Shown: one piece after another, positions 1-9,071 of the stretch
Layout of the letters: each line of letters starts with the position of its first letter
Numbering within the stretch: position 1 is the stretch's first letter
From: a virus
Taxonomy: Duplodnaviria; Caudoviricetes
IMG/VR virus record: IMGVR_UViG_3300009506_000029
Span: 1-61,018 of that record
Length of the DNA stretch: 61,018 bases
Reading direction: 5' to 3' (one strand)
Program-made: the position numbers and the translations under genes
The notes under the pieces: model-generated
Databases searched by the model: none
Told to the model about the DNA's origin: nothing
The model's input: only the letters and a program-made list of their open reading frames with translations

Positions 1-144
1 TGCGATCCGCTCCACATCTCGCGCCGTTTTTTCCACCACTGCCTCTGCCTGCTCGATCGTCGTCACCTGCTCGAACGCGCGCGCGAACCCTGGCCGCACC
101 GCCTCCACTGCGGGCCGCATAAACGGGTGCGCCGGCATCCGGCT
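1..144. repeat. Terminal direct repeat (circular assembly overlap), left copy
   Basis: 1-144 is identical to 60875-61018, and a gene reads in frame across the junction. Confidence 0.97.
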
Positions 145-276
145 TGTCCCCATTTCCTGGAACAACCCGTATTCCACGCCATCAGCCACGAACCGCACCG
201 CCTTGCCCTTGCTCTTGCGGATCAAGCGCTGCAGTTCGCTGTCGTCGATCCGAATCTTGATCGTCGGCCCCGCCAC
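1..276 (-). CDS. HK97 gp10-family tail completion protein, 5' part (continues across the junction to 60800)
   Basis: GTG at 276 overlaps the upstream stop; MAGPTIKIRIDD...YGLFQEMGTSRMPAHPFMRPA motif. Confidence 0.8.
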   Translation of the reverse strand, partial: MAGPTIKIRIDDSELQRLIRKSKGKAVRFVADGVEYGLFQEMGTSRMPAHPFMRPAVEAVRPGFARAFEQVTTIEQAEAVVEKTARDVERIA

Positions 277-644
277 TATTCCAGCCTCCGCAGCATCACC
301 TGTCGCGCCGTTCGGTTGCTGTGTGTCGCCTCGAGCTGAACAATCTCATACGTCAGCCCCTCGTGCACCACGCGCCACTCCGCGTCTACGTCCTGGTCGT
401 GCGCTACGTGCAGCACCCAAGCGCTCTGGCTTGCCACCTGGTTGCCTGACATCGCCTCGCCGAAAGACCCAACGCGCGGCGCCAGCCGGCACGCGACGCT
501 GGTCGCCGTGTCGCTCCACGCTTCTGTCCATCCGCCTTGCCCGTCGCTCGTGCTGGCTACAGCCTGAAATGAGCAGGTATCTGGAAAGTAATCTCCCTGG
601 TCCGCGCGCAGCTGCGCCAGCTCTAGTGTGCTCAGGCTCACCAC
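276..644 (-). CDS. Head closure / head-tail adaptor (SPP1 gp16-like)
   Basis: SDGQGGWTEAW and RVVHEGLTYEIV motifs; position before gp10 and the tail terminator. Confidence 0.75.
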   Translation of the reverse strand: MVSLSTLELAQLRADQGDYFPDTCSFQAVASTSDGQGGWTEAWSDTATSVACRLAPRVGSFGEAMSGNQVASQSAWVLHVAHDQDVDAEWRVVHEGLTYEIVQLEATHSNRTARQVMLRRLE

Positions 645-1171
645 GTGCTCCTGTAGTGTTTCTCGTTCCCGTCAAAGAACTCTTCCGCCCAGTGATCTGG
701 TGGCGTCAGCTCCCAAGACGGCAGCAGCTTGCCGATCATCACCGCGCCCCGCTGCGCCAGGCTCTCGTAACTGCACACCGTGTACGACGTGCTGGCCTTG
801 CCCAACCCGGCGAATATGCGACGATACGCTTCTTGCGCGTTCGTGGCAGCATCTTCGACCGACTCCACGTGTCCATTGCGTACCTGCGAGCGCAAAAGTG
901 CCCACCAGTCTCGCATACAGACCAGCGCGTGCACCGTGTACCTGCCTTCCCGCAACTTGCGCGCCATCGCTTGCACGTTTGGCCACTGTTTGGCATGCGG
1001 CAGGCTGCGCCGCCATACCAGCAGCGGCTCATCTGGCAGAGCTAAGCTATCCAGGCGCTGGCTGTGCCCGCCGTCGCCATAGCACCCGCACATCATCAGG
1101 ATCCGCGTCCACAGCCGCGTGCCCGAGGACTCTGGGCCGAGGACGAGAAATGCACGCCGCTCTATACCCAC
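638..1171 (-). CDS. Sulfotransferase-like P-loop protein
   Basis: LVLGPESSGTRL (5'PSB-like), VCMRD (3'PB-like), CSYESL; probable GTG start at 1171. Confidence 0.6.
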   Translation of the reverse strand: MGIERRAFLVLGPESSGTRLWTRILMMCGCYGDGGHSQRLDSLALPDEPLLVWRRSLPHAKQWPNVQAMARKLREGRYTVHALVCMRDWWALLRSQVRNGHVESVEDAATNAQEAYRRIFAGLGKASTSYTVCSYESLAQRGAVMIGKLLPSWELTPPDHWAEEFFDGNEKHYRSTW

Positions 1172-2022
1172 TCGAACCGCTCCCGCGTCGCGTCGCTCCC
1201 AAACACGTACGGTCTCTGGTCCTCGTACCCCAGCCGCGCGAACTGCTCTGGCGTAAAGTGCATCCCGTTCCGTCCAATGCTCATTCCCCGGTTCACCACG
1301 CACACCGCGCGCTGTAGGCCGGCCGAGTGCACCGCCATGTCCTTACCCCCATCCTGGCTGGTCGCATTCTGCTTCCATCCCTTGCGCCGCCACAGGTCGA
1401 TGATCGCCGCATGCGGCGTGTCCCGGTAGTCCCGCTCGCGCACCAGCGCGTAATACTCTAAAAAGTGCGGGCGGATCTTGCGCCAATGCTCGGACGGAAA
1501 GCACTCCGCCCACCAGTGCGGCGTCCCTAGCTGAATCTCGCCCAGGTGCTGCGCTATCTCGCCCTTGCCGCAGTTCCGCTTGAACCCCAGCGAGAACCCA
1601 AAGACCTCGTCCCATCCTTTGCGCGCCAGCGATCTCTGCCCGCTCTCCAATTGTGCGATCAGCACGTTACACAGGCGCAGCCAGTGAGGTGACACCACCA
1701 CGTCGTCCTCGATCGCCAGCACGTACTCGTAGCGCTCCGTCATCCACTCGTATGCCTCGAACTGGTTGATCGCGATCCCCACGTTGTCCGGCTGCACGTG
1801 CGCCTCTTTGCGTGGCAGCCCGCACCGCTCGAACGTGCGCACGCTGGCGTCTATGGCCGCATCTGTGGCGTGACGTACACCCGAGAATCGGTTCACCGCC
1901 CCGTCTTGCCAGAGGTGAAACGTACAGCACTCGGCCCCGGTGCACTGCGCCAGCGAGCCCAGCAACCGCCGCAGATAATGCGACCTGTCAAACGAGATAA
2001 TCGCTACGCCCAGTCTATCCAC
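1162..2022 (-). CDS. GT-A fold glycosyltransferase
   Basis: VAIISFDRSHYL, WQDG, NVGIA and LAIEDDVV (DxD-like) motifs; GTG at 2022 with GGAGG RBS. Confidence 0.8.
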   Translation of the reverse strand: MDRLGVAIISFDRSHYLRRLLGSLAQCTGAECCTFHLWQDGAVNRFSGVRHATDAAIDASVRTFERCGLPRKEAHVQPDNVGIAINQFEAYEWMTERYEYVLAIEDDVVVSPHWLRLCNVLIAQLESGQRSLARKGWDEVFGFSLGFKRNCGKGEIAQHLGEIQLGTPHWWAECFPSEHWRKIRPHFLEYYALVRERDYRDTPHAAIIDLWRRKGWKQNATSQDGGKDMAVHSAGLQRAVCVVNRGMSIGRNGMHFTPEQFARLGYEDQRPYVFGSDATRERFEWV

Positions 2023-3073
2023 GAATTGCTCCCTCCCATTCCCCTCGCCGCGCCTGCCACGAGAACTCACGTACAAACTCGTCGTATTCAGCCCCGCCCA
2101 GCGCCCGCGCCACGCGCACGCCATCTGCTAACTGCTCTGGCCTGTCCACGAATGTCACAAACGGCCACGCCCACTCCCGGCATCCGCCCTTTGCCGTGGT
2201 CACCACAGCTAGCCCGCTTGCCAGCGCCTCCAGGAACACCTGGCAGAATGTCTCGCTCGTGCTTGCCGACACCAGCACGTCGCCGTGCCCGTATGCCGTG
2301 CCGCACTCTTCGATCGTGTCTGCGCGCGAGGCCGTCACCGAGCCCGTTGCGCGCGCCCGGCGGATCGCGTCCTCGATCGGCGGCATGTCGCGCTGTACGT
2401 CATCCGGTGCGCCCACAAGGTACAACGTGTGTGCCTCGCCCGTCGCCCGCAGCTCTGCAAACGCCTCGATCACTGCCCGCACTCGCTTGCCCGGTGCGAA
2501 CCGACCCACGTACAGCAGCCGCCTTGGCCCGCTGTCCTTTGTCGCTCGCCGCTCGAACCACCCAACGTCCACCAGTCGCGGCAGCACCTTGATCGCGCCG
2601 CCGAACTTGTGCCGCCCGCTGAAATGCTCCGCCCACGAGGGCAGCAGCACGATCATCCGATCCACGTTGGCCAGCAGCTGCGCAATCGTGTGTTCTGTCG
2701 GCGTCTGTGGGCAAAAGACCACCTCGCGCCCCGCCGCGTGCGCCGGCTCGGCCAGCTCCAGCAGGTGCGGGTTTGTACTGTGGATCACCAGCACGTCATA
2801 CTCGAACGTCTGGCAAAAACCCAGCATCTCGTCCGACCAGTACCCGCGCTCTACCTGGAAGCGGTGCACCGTCAAACGCGGATCGCTCGTATCCGCGCCT
2901 GCTGGCATCTCCAGCCACTCATCGTGCGCCGTACGCCCATATCGTGTGCGCGTCATCAGGTGATGCTCAAATGCATCGTGTGTCTGGTGTGACACTGCCC
3001 GCACCCACGACGGCAACCCGCCGATCCGGGGCAAGTAGGACGACGAGGCGTGCAGCAGTCTCAATCGTTCCAC
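2015..3073 (-). CDS. GT4 (GT-B) glycosyltransferase
   Basis: YLPRIGG, LLYVGRFAPGKR, ETFCQVFLEALASGLAVV (EX7E). Confidence 0.9.
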   Translation of the reverse strand: MERLRLLHASSSYLPRIGGLPSWVRAVSHQTHDAFEHHLMTRTRYGRTAHDEWLEMPAGADTSDPRLTVHRFQVERGYWSDEMLGFCQTFEYDVLVIHSTNPHLLELAEPAHAAGREVVFCPQTPTEHTIAQLLANVDRMIVLLPSWAEHFSGRHKFGGAIKVLPRLVDVGWFERRATKDSGPRRLLYVGRFAPGKRVRAVIEAFAELRATGEAHTLYLVGAPDDVQRDMPPIEDAIRRARATGSVTASRADTIEECGTAYGHGDVLVSASTSETFCQVFLEALASGLAVVTTAKGGCREWAWPFVTFVDRPEQLADGVRVARALGGAEYDEFVREFSWQARRGEWEGAIRG

Positions 3074-3618
3074 AGCAACGTCATCCCTCGCCCTGTCGGG
3101 CTACCCTCGGTCAGGACAGACCAACAGTCGAACGCCTCGAACCAGCGTGCGCACTCGACGCGGCCAGTATCGTGCAGCAAGCAGCATCCACCAAAAGCAA
3201 GCAGCTTGGATGCAGCCAGCATACACGCCCCACGCTGCACGCCATCCACCACAATCCAGTCAAACGCGCGTTCTGCCGTGTATGCGAACGGTGCCCATAC
3301 GTAATCGTCACCCGTCGCGTGGTACAAGTCAACCGCCTCCGGCAGGCCTTTCGCTTGTAATCGCCGCACCCACCCCTCGTCATGCTCGATCGCCACCCAC
3401 CGCTCAATACACCCATGCTGGCTCGGGAAATAGACCGTGCTCCAGCCCGCTCCCCACTCCAGGCACGTCTTGGGTGTGCGCTCGCGCAGCAGCCGGTTAT
3501 AGATCCCCAGTTCGTCCGCCTCCAGGCACACGTAGGGAATACCCAAGGCCTCGAACTCGGCCAACTGCCCCGGCGTGAAATGTGGCCTATGCACCATCAG
3601 GCATACTCCGTACACCAC
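3061..3618 (-). CDS. Class I SAM-dependent methyltransferase
   Basis: CLEWGAGWST, AIEHD, FDWIVVDG, LLHD. Confidence 0.85.
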   Translation of the reverse strand: MVYGVCLMVHRPHFTPGQLAEFEALGIPYVCLEADELGIYNRLLRERTPKTCLEWGAGWSTVYFPSQHGCIERWVAIEHDEGWVRRLQAKGLPEAVDLYHATGDDYVWAPFAYTAERAFDWIVVDGVQRGACMLAASKLLAFGGCCLLHDTGRVECARWFEAFDCWSVLTEGSPTGRGMTLLWND

Positions 3619-4154
3619 CCCTTGCGCGGCACATATCGGTCATTCCAGAACACAGCCACCCCGCGATGCTTGTAGTTGCCCGGTCCATCTGGAATCTCGC
3701 CCGGGTAGAGCAGCTTAAAAAACCGAAACGCGCCCCAGCCATCTTGGTAGCTCTGCCGGCCTGCGTCGTGTAGCACGCACACCCCGCGTGGCGCCAGCCG
3801 CTGCGCCGCCGCCCACAAGCACTCCACCCGTCGCTGCCCATCCACCAGGATCATGTTGAACGGTTCCTCGATGTCCGGCAGCGTGACATAGCTCTCTTCC
3901 GGTCTGTGCAAGCAGATCACACGCTCGCCCAGCGCCCGGTCATGGTCCAGAGCCACGTTGACCGCGTGCCAGTATTCCGGCCTGTGTTCGATGCTGATCC
4001 ACGTCTCAACGTACGGCGCGTGCCTGGGCCAGTAGAGCGTGCTTGCTCCCGCGCCCCACTCTAGCACCCGCGCCGGCTGCTGCGTGTCCAGGATCGACTG
4101 TACAATCTCGATCTCTTTGTTTGCCATCCAGGGACGGTCGCGCAGTTTAGCCAC
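3597..4154 (-). CDS. Class I SAM-dependent methyltransferase (paralogue of the neighbouring gene)
   Basis: VLEWGAGAST, SIEH, MILVDG, VLHD. Confidence 0.85.
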   Translation of the reverse strand: MAKLRDRPWMANKEIEIVQSILDTQQPARVLEWGAGASTLYWPRHAPYVETWISIEHRPEYWHAVNVALDHDRALGERVICLHRPEESYVTLPDIEEPFNMILVDGQRRVECLWAAAQRLAPRGVCVLHDAGRQSYQDGWGAFRFFKLLYPGEIPDGPGNYKHRGVAVFWNDRYVPRKGWCTEYA

Positions 4155-5376
4155 CTTTTAGCTCCTCTTCCAGCCTGGTCAGAAACGGGATCCACTTGGT
4201 CTCGATCAGGTGGTTAAAGTCGAACGCCTTGGCCCCCTCGCGCGCCCGCTCTGCCAGGTACTGCCGCGCCTTCTGGCCCTTGTGCATCTCCCACGCCCAC
4301 TGGATTGCCTCGACCAGCTTGTCCACCGGGGCCACGCCGCGCCAGCCGCCCTGTGGCTCCCACTGCCACTGCTCGACCGGGAGGCACTGTCCCGAGAACG
4401 TCAGCTCGGGCATACTCGTACAGCCCAGCGTGATCACCGGCACGCCCGACGCCTGCGCTTCCATGATCGGAATCCCGAACCCCTCCGCCATCGACGGGTG
4501 CATACACACGTCGAAACAGTTATAGATCTCGGCCAGAGCCTGGTCGTCGTATGCGTGACACCACATGCGATGTTGGCACGGAAAGAGCACCGTCGCCCGA
4601 TTGTGGCGCGGCTCCTCTGGATCGTCCACCGTGCTCCACTCCATTGGCGGTCCCATCTCGCTCATGGTTTCGAGCAACTTTGGAAAGTCGAGCCCATCCT
4701 GGCGCTTTGGCGTCAGCGTAGTGTGGATGTAGAGCACGCCCTCGCCGCCGCCGGCCAGCCATCGCTGCCACGCCTGCAAAATCTCGACAAAGCTCTTGCG
4801 GCTCGGGTAGCTCGAATTGGCGGCGACCATCCCGACCGTGAATGTGTCCGGCAGCTCCTGCGACTGCCGCGCAATCTGCTGGTCGCGCGGACGGTACACT
4901 TCCGTGTCCACCCCATGCGGGATATACCGCGCCTGCGGCCACCCGTTCTTGAGCAGTTCGCCGCGGCCCCACTGAGTGAGCGCCAGCGGCGTATGCGCGC
5001 CGTCGATCGCTTTCAAGATCGCGCTGCTGATCGGGTGCGTGTCGATCGGAAAGCGAGGGCACCACGTAAATCCGCGTGGCGTGCCCCAGTTCTCCAGCAG
5101 CCACACGTCCTGCAAGCTGATCACCACGTCCGCCTCGAACGACCGCGCGTGAAACTCGATGATGTCGTTGAAAAACCGATCGCGCGCCATGCCAAAGATG
5201 CGCAGCGGCGTGCCGTCGACTTGCGTCATGGTCGTTGCGCCCTGGTAGCCGTAAAAGCACGCCAGCGCGTTCTGGTGCCCCGCCTCGCTCAAGCGCGGAA
5301 ACAGGTAGCGCCCCGGTTTACCATAACCGCTGTTTGTCCAAGGGCTCGCGCCCGTCCAGAGAATTCTCAGTGCCAT
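4147..5376 (-). CDS. GT4 (GT-B) glycosyltransferase
   Basis: SGYG, IPHGVDTEVY, PSMAEGFGIPIMEAQASGVPVI (EX7E). Confidence 0.92.
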   Translation of the reverse strand: MALRILWTGASPWTNSGYGKPGRYLFPRLSEAGHQNALACFYGYQGATTMTQVDGTPLRIFGMARDRFFNDIIEFHARSFEADVVISLQDVWLLENWGTPRGFTWCPRFPIDTHPISSAILKAIDGAHTPLALTQWGRGELLKNGWPQARYIPHGVDTEVYRPRDQQIARQSQELPDTFTVGMVAANSSYPSRKSFVEILQAWQRWLAGGGEGVLYIHTTLTPKRQDGLDFPKLLETMSEMGPPMEWSTVDDPEEPRHNRATVLFPCQHRMWCHAYDDQALAEIYNCFDVCMHPSMAEGFGIPIMEAQASGVPVITLGCTSMPELTFSGQCLPVEQWQWEPQGGWRGVAPVDKLVEAIQWAWEMHKGQKARQYLAERAREGAKAFDFNHLIETKWIPFLTRLEEELKGG

Positions 5377-5428
5377 CTCGCCTTGCTCCTTTTGCTTGGC
5401 CTACGCATCCGCGCGGGCCATGGTGCAC

Positions 5429-5456
5429 ATTTACGGTTATGATCCTAAGCCGAATC
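5429..5456 (-). promoter_or_regulatory. 28-bp dispersed motif copy
   Basis: Reverse complement GATTCGGCTTAGGATCATAACCGTAAAT, intergenic, upstream of the GT cassette. Confidence 0.7.
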
Positions 5457-5471
5457 ACCCGACCTGTGCCG

Positions 5472-5852
5472 TCAATCCGTCACGTTGTCCACGTCGTCGC
5501 TGTACCCATCTACGCGCGTTACCGATCTCGACCCCGCTCCGCCCCCACTGGCCCCATGCCGCTTGCGCCACTGCAGAGCCTGCGCCGCGTACCCATCCGC
5601 GATCGCCGTCCGGTCCAGGCGCAGCCCGTCTGCCTGGAAGCTCGGATAATGTCGCCACGCTGCCGCCAGCGTCTCGAACCCCGCCGCAACCGCGCACTGC
5701 CACGAGCCCTCTACCGTGATCAGGCCCGTCAACTCGGCGTCTGTAAAGTTCCCGTCACCCGGCTTGGGGCCTGCGCCGCTGGTCGTATCCTGGAGATAGT
5801 AGCGCACTTTGTCCAGGTTCGTGGCCAACGTGCCTGCATACGTGAACGTCAT
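5472..5852 (-). CDS. Head-tail connector / adaptor (gp15-like)
   Basis: MTFTY...LDKVRYYLQDT...FTDAEL pattern; synteny. Confidence 0.7.
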   Translation of the reverse strand: MTFTYAGTLATNLDKVRYYLQDTTSGAGPKPGDGNFTDAELTGLITVEGSWQCAVAAGFETLAAAWRHYPSFQADGLRLDRTAIADGYAAQALQWRKRHGASGGGAGSRSVTRVDGYSDDVDNVTD

Positions 5853-5856
5853 CGCC

Positions 5857-6375
5857 CTAATCCTGCTCGAGATGTAGCTGGAATGTCAGCTTTTCGCCCG
5901 AAACCGGCGTGTACGTGTTCGTGACCTTGACCAGCCCGTACAGCGATTTGCTCGTGTCCTGGCAGCGATACGCCCGCGCCGGCACCGGGCTAGTCGGCGT
6001 CGCATAGCTGTTTCCATTCGCGCCCGCCGTCACGTCCAGATCGCTCCAGTTCGCCGTTCCAATGACATACGCCCCAATGCACTTGGCGGCATCCGCGTCC
6101 GTCAGCGTGAACTCGGCGTTATCCGCCGTCGCCGTCACGCTGTCGTCAAACAAGTACAGTTCCAGCGCCGGCTTGGTGCTCTGGTTTGCCGTTCCGATCA
6201 CAGACACGCCCAGGATACGTCCGCCCAGCCCGACCAGCCGCGCGCACTTGGCAAACGCCAGCGCGCTAAACGAGGCTGTGCCATCACTGAACGCATCGTC
6301 TGCCGCGTACTGCGTTGTGTTCGCCAGGCGCGTATAGCTCGCCTCGACGATCGTGTGCTCTCTACTCAGTACCAT
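5857..6375 (-). CDS. Hypothetical virion-associated beta-rich protein
   Basis: ATG at 6375 with GGAGG RBS; lies within the head module. Confidence 0.6.
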   Translation of the reverse strand: MVLSREHTIVEASYTRLANTTQYAADDAFSDGTASFSALAFAKCARLVGLGGRILGVSVIGTANQSTKPALELYLFDDSVTATADNAEFTLTDADAAKCIGAYVIGTANWSDLDVTAGANGNSYATPTSPVPARAYRCQDTSKSLYGLVKVTNTYTPVSGEKLTFQLHLEQD

Positions 6376-6706
6376 CGCTTGCCTCCACCGCCGCCCGCAC
6401 GTCTGCCAGCGTGATCTTGCCCCCGCGGCCTGACCCCGTGATCGCGTCCAGGTCCAGGTCGTGCGCGGCCGCAAACGCCACCGCGCTCTGCGTCGCTGCC
6501 GGCTGCTGCTGCACCTCGATCGCTGCCTCGGGCGTGCCCGGTGGCTCTTTCAGCGCGCGCGCATTGCGCCTGATCGCGCCCTCTGCCAGCAGCCTCTCGA
6601 TCAGATCGGACGAAAGTTGCCCCTCGCCCAGCGTCGCTCCGCACCGGAACGCCTTGCCCAGGTGGCCAAACTGGAGCCCGTCTGGATTTGTCACAATGTA
6701 GCCCAT
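6362..6706 (-). CDS. Small protein with C-terminal E3-binding (peripheral subunit-binding) domain
   Basis: AVAFAAAHDLDLDAITGSGRGGKITLADV matches the PSBD consensus; ATG at 6706 with GAGG RBS. Confidence 0.8.
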   Translation of the reverse strand: MGYIVTNPDGLQFGHLGKAFRCGATLGEGQLSSDLIERLLAEGAIRRNARALKEPPGTPEAAIEVQQQPAATQSAVAFAAAHDLDLDAITGSGRGGKITLADVRAAVEASDGTE

Positions 6707-6720
6707 ACCCACCTCGCTGT

Positions 6721-6747
6721 GGGGCAGAGGGTATATCCCTCTGCCCC
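6721..6747. other. Perfect 11-bp stem hairpin between genes (no U-tract)
   Basis: GGGGCAGAGGG-tatat-CCCTCTGCCCC. Confidence 0.6.
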
Positions 6748-6756
6748 TGCCCTCGT

Positions 6757-8979
6757 CTAGTACGCGTACAGCACCAAGATGTCGGAAGCCGACTCGTCCG
6801 TGATCCACACGATATAGTCGTTCCCGCTCTCATAGTGCACAAAGTACTCCGTGTACAGCACCAAGTCGTCCCCGTTCTCCGTGTCCACCACCCCCAGCAC
6901 GCCGTGGTCCAGGATCGCCGCGCCCAACGCGTCCTCTTCGGTCGAGTCCCACTTGTACATTGCGTCGATGTACACGTTGAACGCCCCGCCCGCGGCCACA
7001 GCCGCCCCGGCCGCGCTCAGCTCGAACGAGATGTCCGAGATCACGTCTTTGTCCGCGTTCCCTGCCGGCAGGGTGATCTCCACCCACACCCACGTGTTCG
7101 CCGTCGCATAGGCCGGTATGTTGGTTTTCTGCGAGCCGCCGTCGTCCGTCAGGTCAACCACCAGGTCGCCCGCTGTCAGCGTCCGGTCCGCATAGAACCA
7201 GAACCCCATCGACTCGTCGTCTGTCCAGTCCAGGTTCGCCACTGCGTCGTGCGCCCCGTCGCCCTCGTCCGAGTCCGTCGAAAAAGCGATCTTGAGCGAG
7301 GCCGCGCCCTCTTGATAGTAGGTCGCATCGTCCGAGACGGTCACGTCTGCGTCACTCGCCACAAACTCACCGCTCGGCGTATCGTCGTCCAGGTCCACCG
7401 TCTTGCCGGCCGCGGCCCCGTTGGTGCCCTGGTCCAGCCCCTTCATTCTGATCCGCGGCAGGCCGATGAACTCGTTACGCGTGCCCGCGTTCCCGTTCGA
7501 GCTGTCACCAGAGATCGTCACGTCCCCGCTGGCCACCGCCACAGACCCGCCCGAGCTCACAGATAGCGCCGTACCGCTCCCCTTGCTCAGAGTCAGCGTG
7601 TCGGCGATGTCAGCGGTACTGTCTGCGTCCACGGCCCCGTCAAAGTACGCCGCGCCGTCCACCTCCATCGTGCCCTCGACGTAGGCATCGTTCCCGTTCA
7701 TCGTCTCCCCGGCCGTAGCCGGGTTACCTACCGCAAAGTTGCCGGTCGAGATCGCCACGTGCCCTGCCGACGCCACAGTCATCGTGATCGTGCCGTCGGT
7801 CGAGTTGACGATCGTCTCGTCGTTCTGGAGCGTCAGGGTGCCATTCACCTCGGCCCCGCCATTGAACACGGCCAGGCCACCGCTCGAGACCGAGAGCGCG
7901 GTGCCGCTGCCCTTGCTAAACGTCGCGGTATCGGCAATATCGGCCGCGCCGTCCACCTCCAAAGCGCCCTCGCAGTACAGTTGCTCGTCGGTGCCCGCCG
8001 TGACCGCACCGTTTGGCGTACCATTGCCAATGTACACGTACCCAAGCGCGCCCAGGTCTGCCGTTGCAGGGAGAGACAGGGTCCCGCCCGCCGAGATGAT
8101 GACCGCGTCGCCGCTGCCCTTGCTGAACGTCGCCGTGTCGGCAAAGTTCGAGGTGCTATCTGCATCGATCGCGCCGTCAAACTCGGCCTCGTCGTCGACC
8201 TCAAGCACGCCGGCGATGCACACGTCGTTGTCGCCATCCGCGACGCCGCACGTGCCGCCGCCGATGTTGGTCATGCCGCCATCTACGCGCAGCCCGCCGC
8301 CGTTGGGCACGTAGGCCACCGGTGTGGCTGCGTCGCGCACCTCGAGGAGGTTCGAGACACCCGGGCTGTCCACCACAAACGCCGGCTGCGCCGTCGCGAC
8401 CGCCGTCGGGGCCGTCACCACCACGCCGCCGCCGTTGCGCCCGCCGATGATCTCGCTCCCGCCATCGCGCATCGAGAACACCTGGGACACGCCCGCATTG
8501 TCCACCACCAGGGCCGGCTGCGCCGTCGCGACAGCCGTCGGCCCGGTCACGACCACACCGCCGCCGTTGCGAATGCCCATCAGCTCGGTGCTTCCGTCGT
8601 TGAACTCGGCCACCTCGCCGACGCCCGCATTCGACACGTCCAGCGCGGCCTGTGCCGTAGCGATCGTCGTCGGCCCCGCCACGATCACGCGCCCGGTCAC
8701 GGTCTGGTCTCCGGTTTGCGCGATGCTGCCATCTGCGTTGACGTTATAGACCGGCGTCCCGTCGTCTTGCACCTGCAGGCCGACCGCGCTCGCGCTCTTG
8801 TTATTGACCACAAAGCCGGGAGTAGCCGTCAGCGCGTAGGTGGGCACGATCACGTCCATCACGCCCCGCGCGCCGATCGGCATATCCGGCATCGGATAAC
8901 TGACGCCCAAAAAACCCGCGATGATCACCGCCACGGCAATGAGCGCGTACCCGATCCACTTTTTCACTCGTTCGTCCAT
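6757..8979 (-). CDS. Large repeat-rich protein with N-terminal TM helix and C-terminal beta-sandwich/CBM-like region
   Basis: N-terminal WIGYALIAVAVIIAGFLGV; repeated V(A/T)(G/A)PTxxATAQxA and ADT(A/L)TxSKGSG units. Confidence 0.75.
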   Translation of the reverse strand: MDERVKKWIGYALIAVAVIIAGFLGVSYPMPDMPIGARGVMDVIVPTYALTATPGFVVNNKSASAVGLQVQDDGTPVYNVNADGSIAQTGDQTVTGRVIVAGPTTIATAQAALDVSNAGVGEVAEFNDGSTELMGIRNGGGVVVTGPTAVATAQPALVVDNAGVSQVFSMRDGGSEIIGGRNGGGVVVTAPTAVATAQPAFVVDSPGVSNLLEVRDAATPVAYVPNGGGLRVDGGMTNIGGGTCGVADGDNDVCIAGVLEVDDEAEFDGAIDADSTSNFADTATFSKGSGDAVIISAGGTLSLPATADLGALGYVYIGNGTPNGAVTAGTDEQLYCEGALEVDGAADIADTATFSKGSGTALSVSSGGLAVFNGGAEVNGTLTLQNDETIVNSTDGTITMTVASAGHVAISTGNFAVGNPATAGETMNGNDAYVEGTMEVDGAAYFDGAVDADSTADIADTLTLSKGSGTALSVSSGGSVAVASGDVTISGDSSNGNAGTRNEFIGLPRIRMKGLDQGTNGAAAGKTVDLDDDTPSGEFVASDADVTVSDDATYYQEGAASLKIAFSTDSDEGDGAHDAVANLDWTDDESMGFWFYADRTLTAGDLVVDLTDDGGSQKTNIPAYATANTWVWVEITLPAGNADKDVISDISFELSAAGAAVAAGGAFNVYIDAMYKWDSTEEDALGAAILDHGVLGVVDTENGDDLVLYTEYFVHYESGNDYIVWITDESASDILVLYAY

Positions 8980-9071
8980 TCTATTGGACCTCCTCTTGCA
9001 AGCGGGCCGCTAGGGGCCGGGAAAAGGAGAGAAACCCGCCCCCGGTGGCCCTGCGACCCGCTACAATGCTA

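Noticed and set aside
1-144. Biological terminal repeat of the virion DNA
   Set aside because: It falls mid-gene and has the size of an assembler overlap; it shows circularity, not a physical end.
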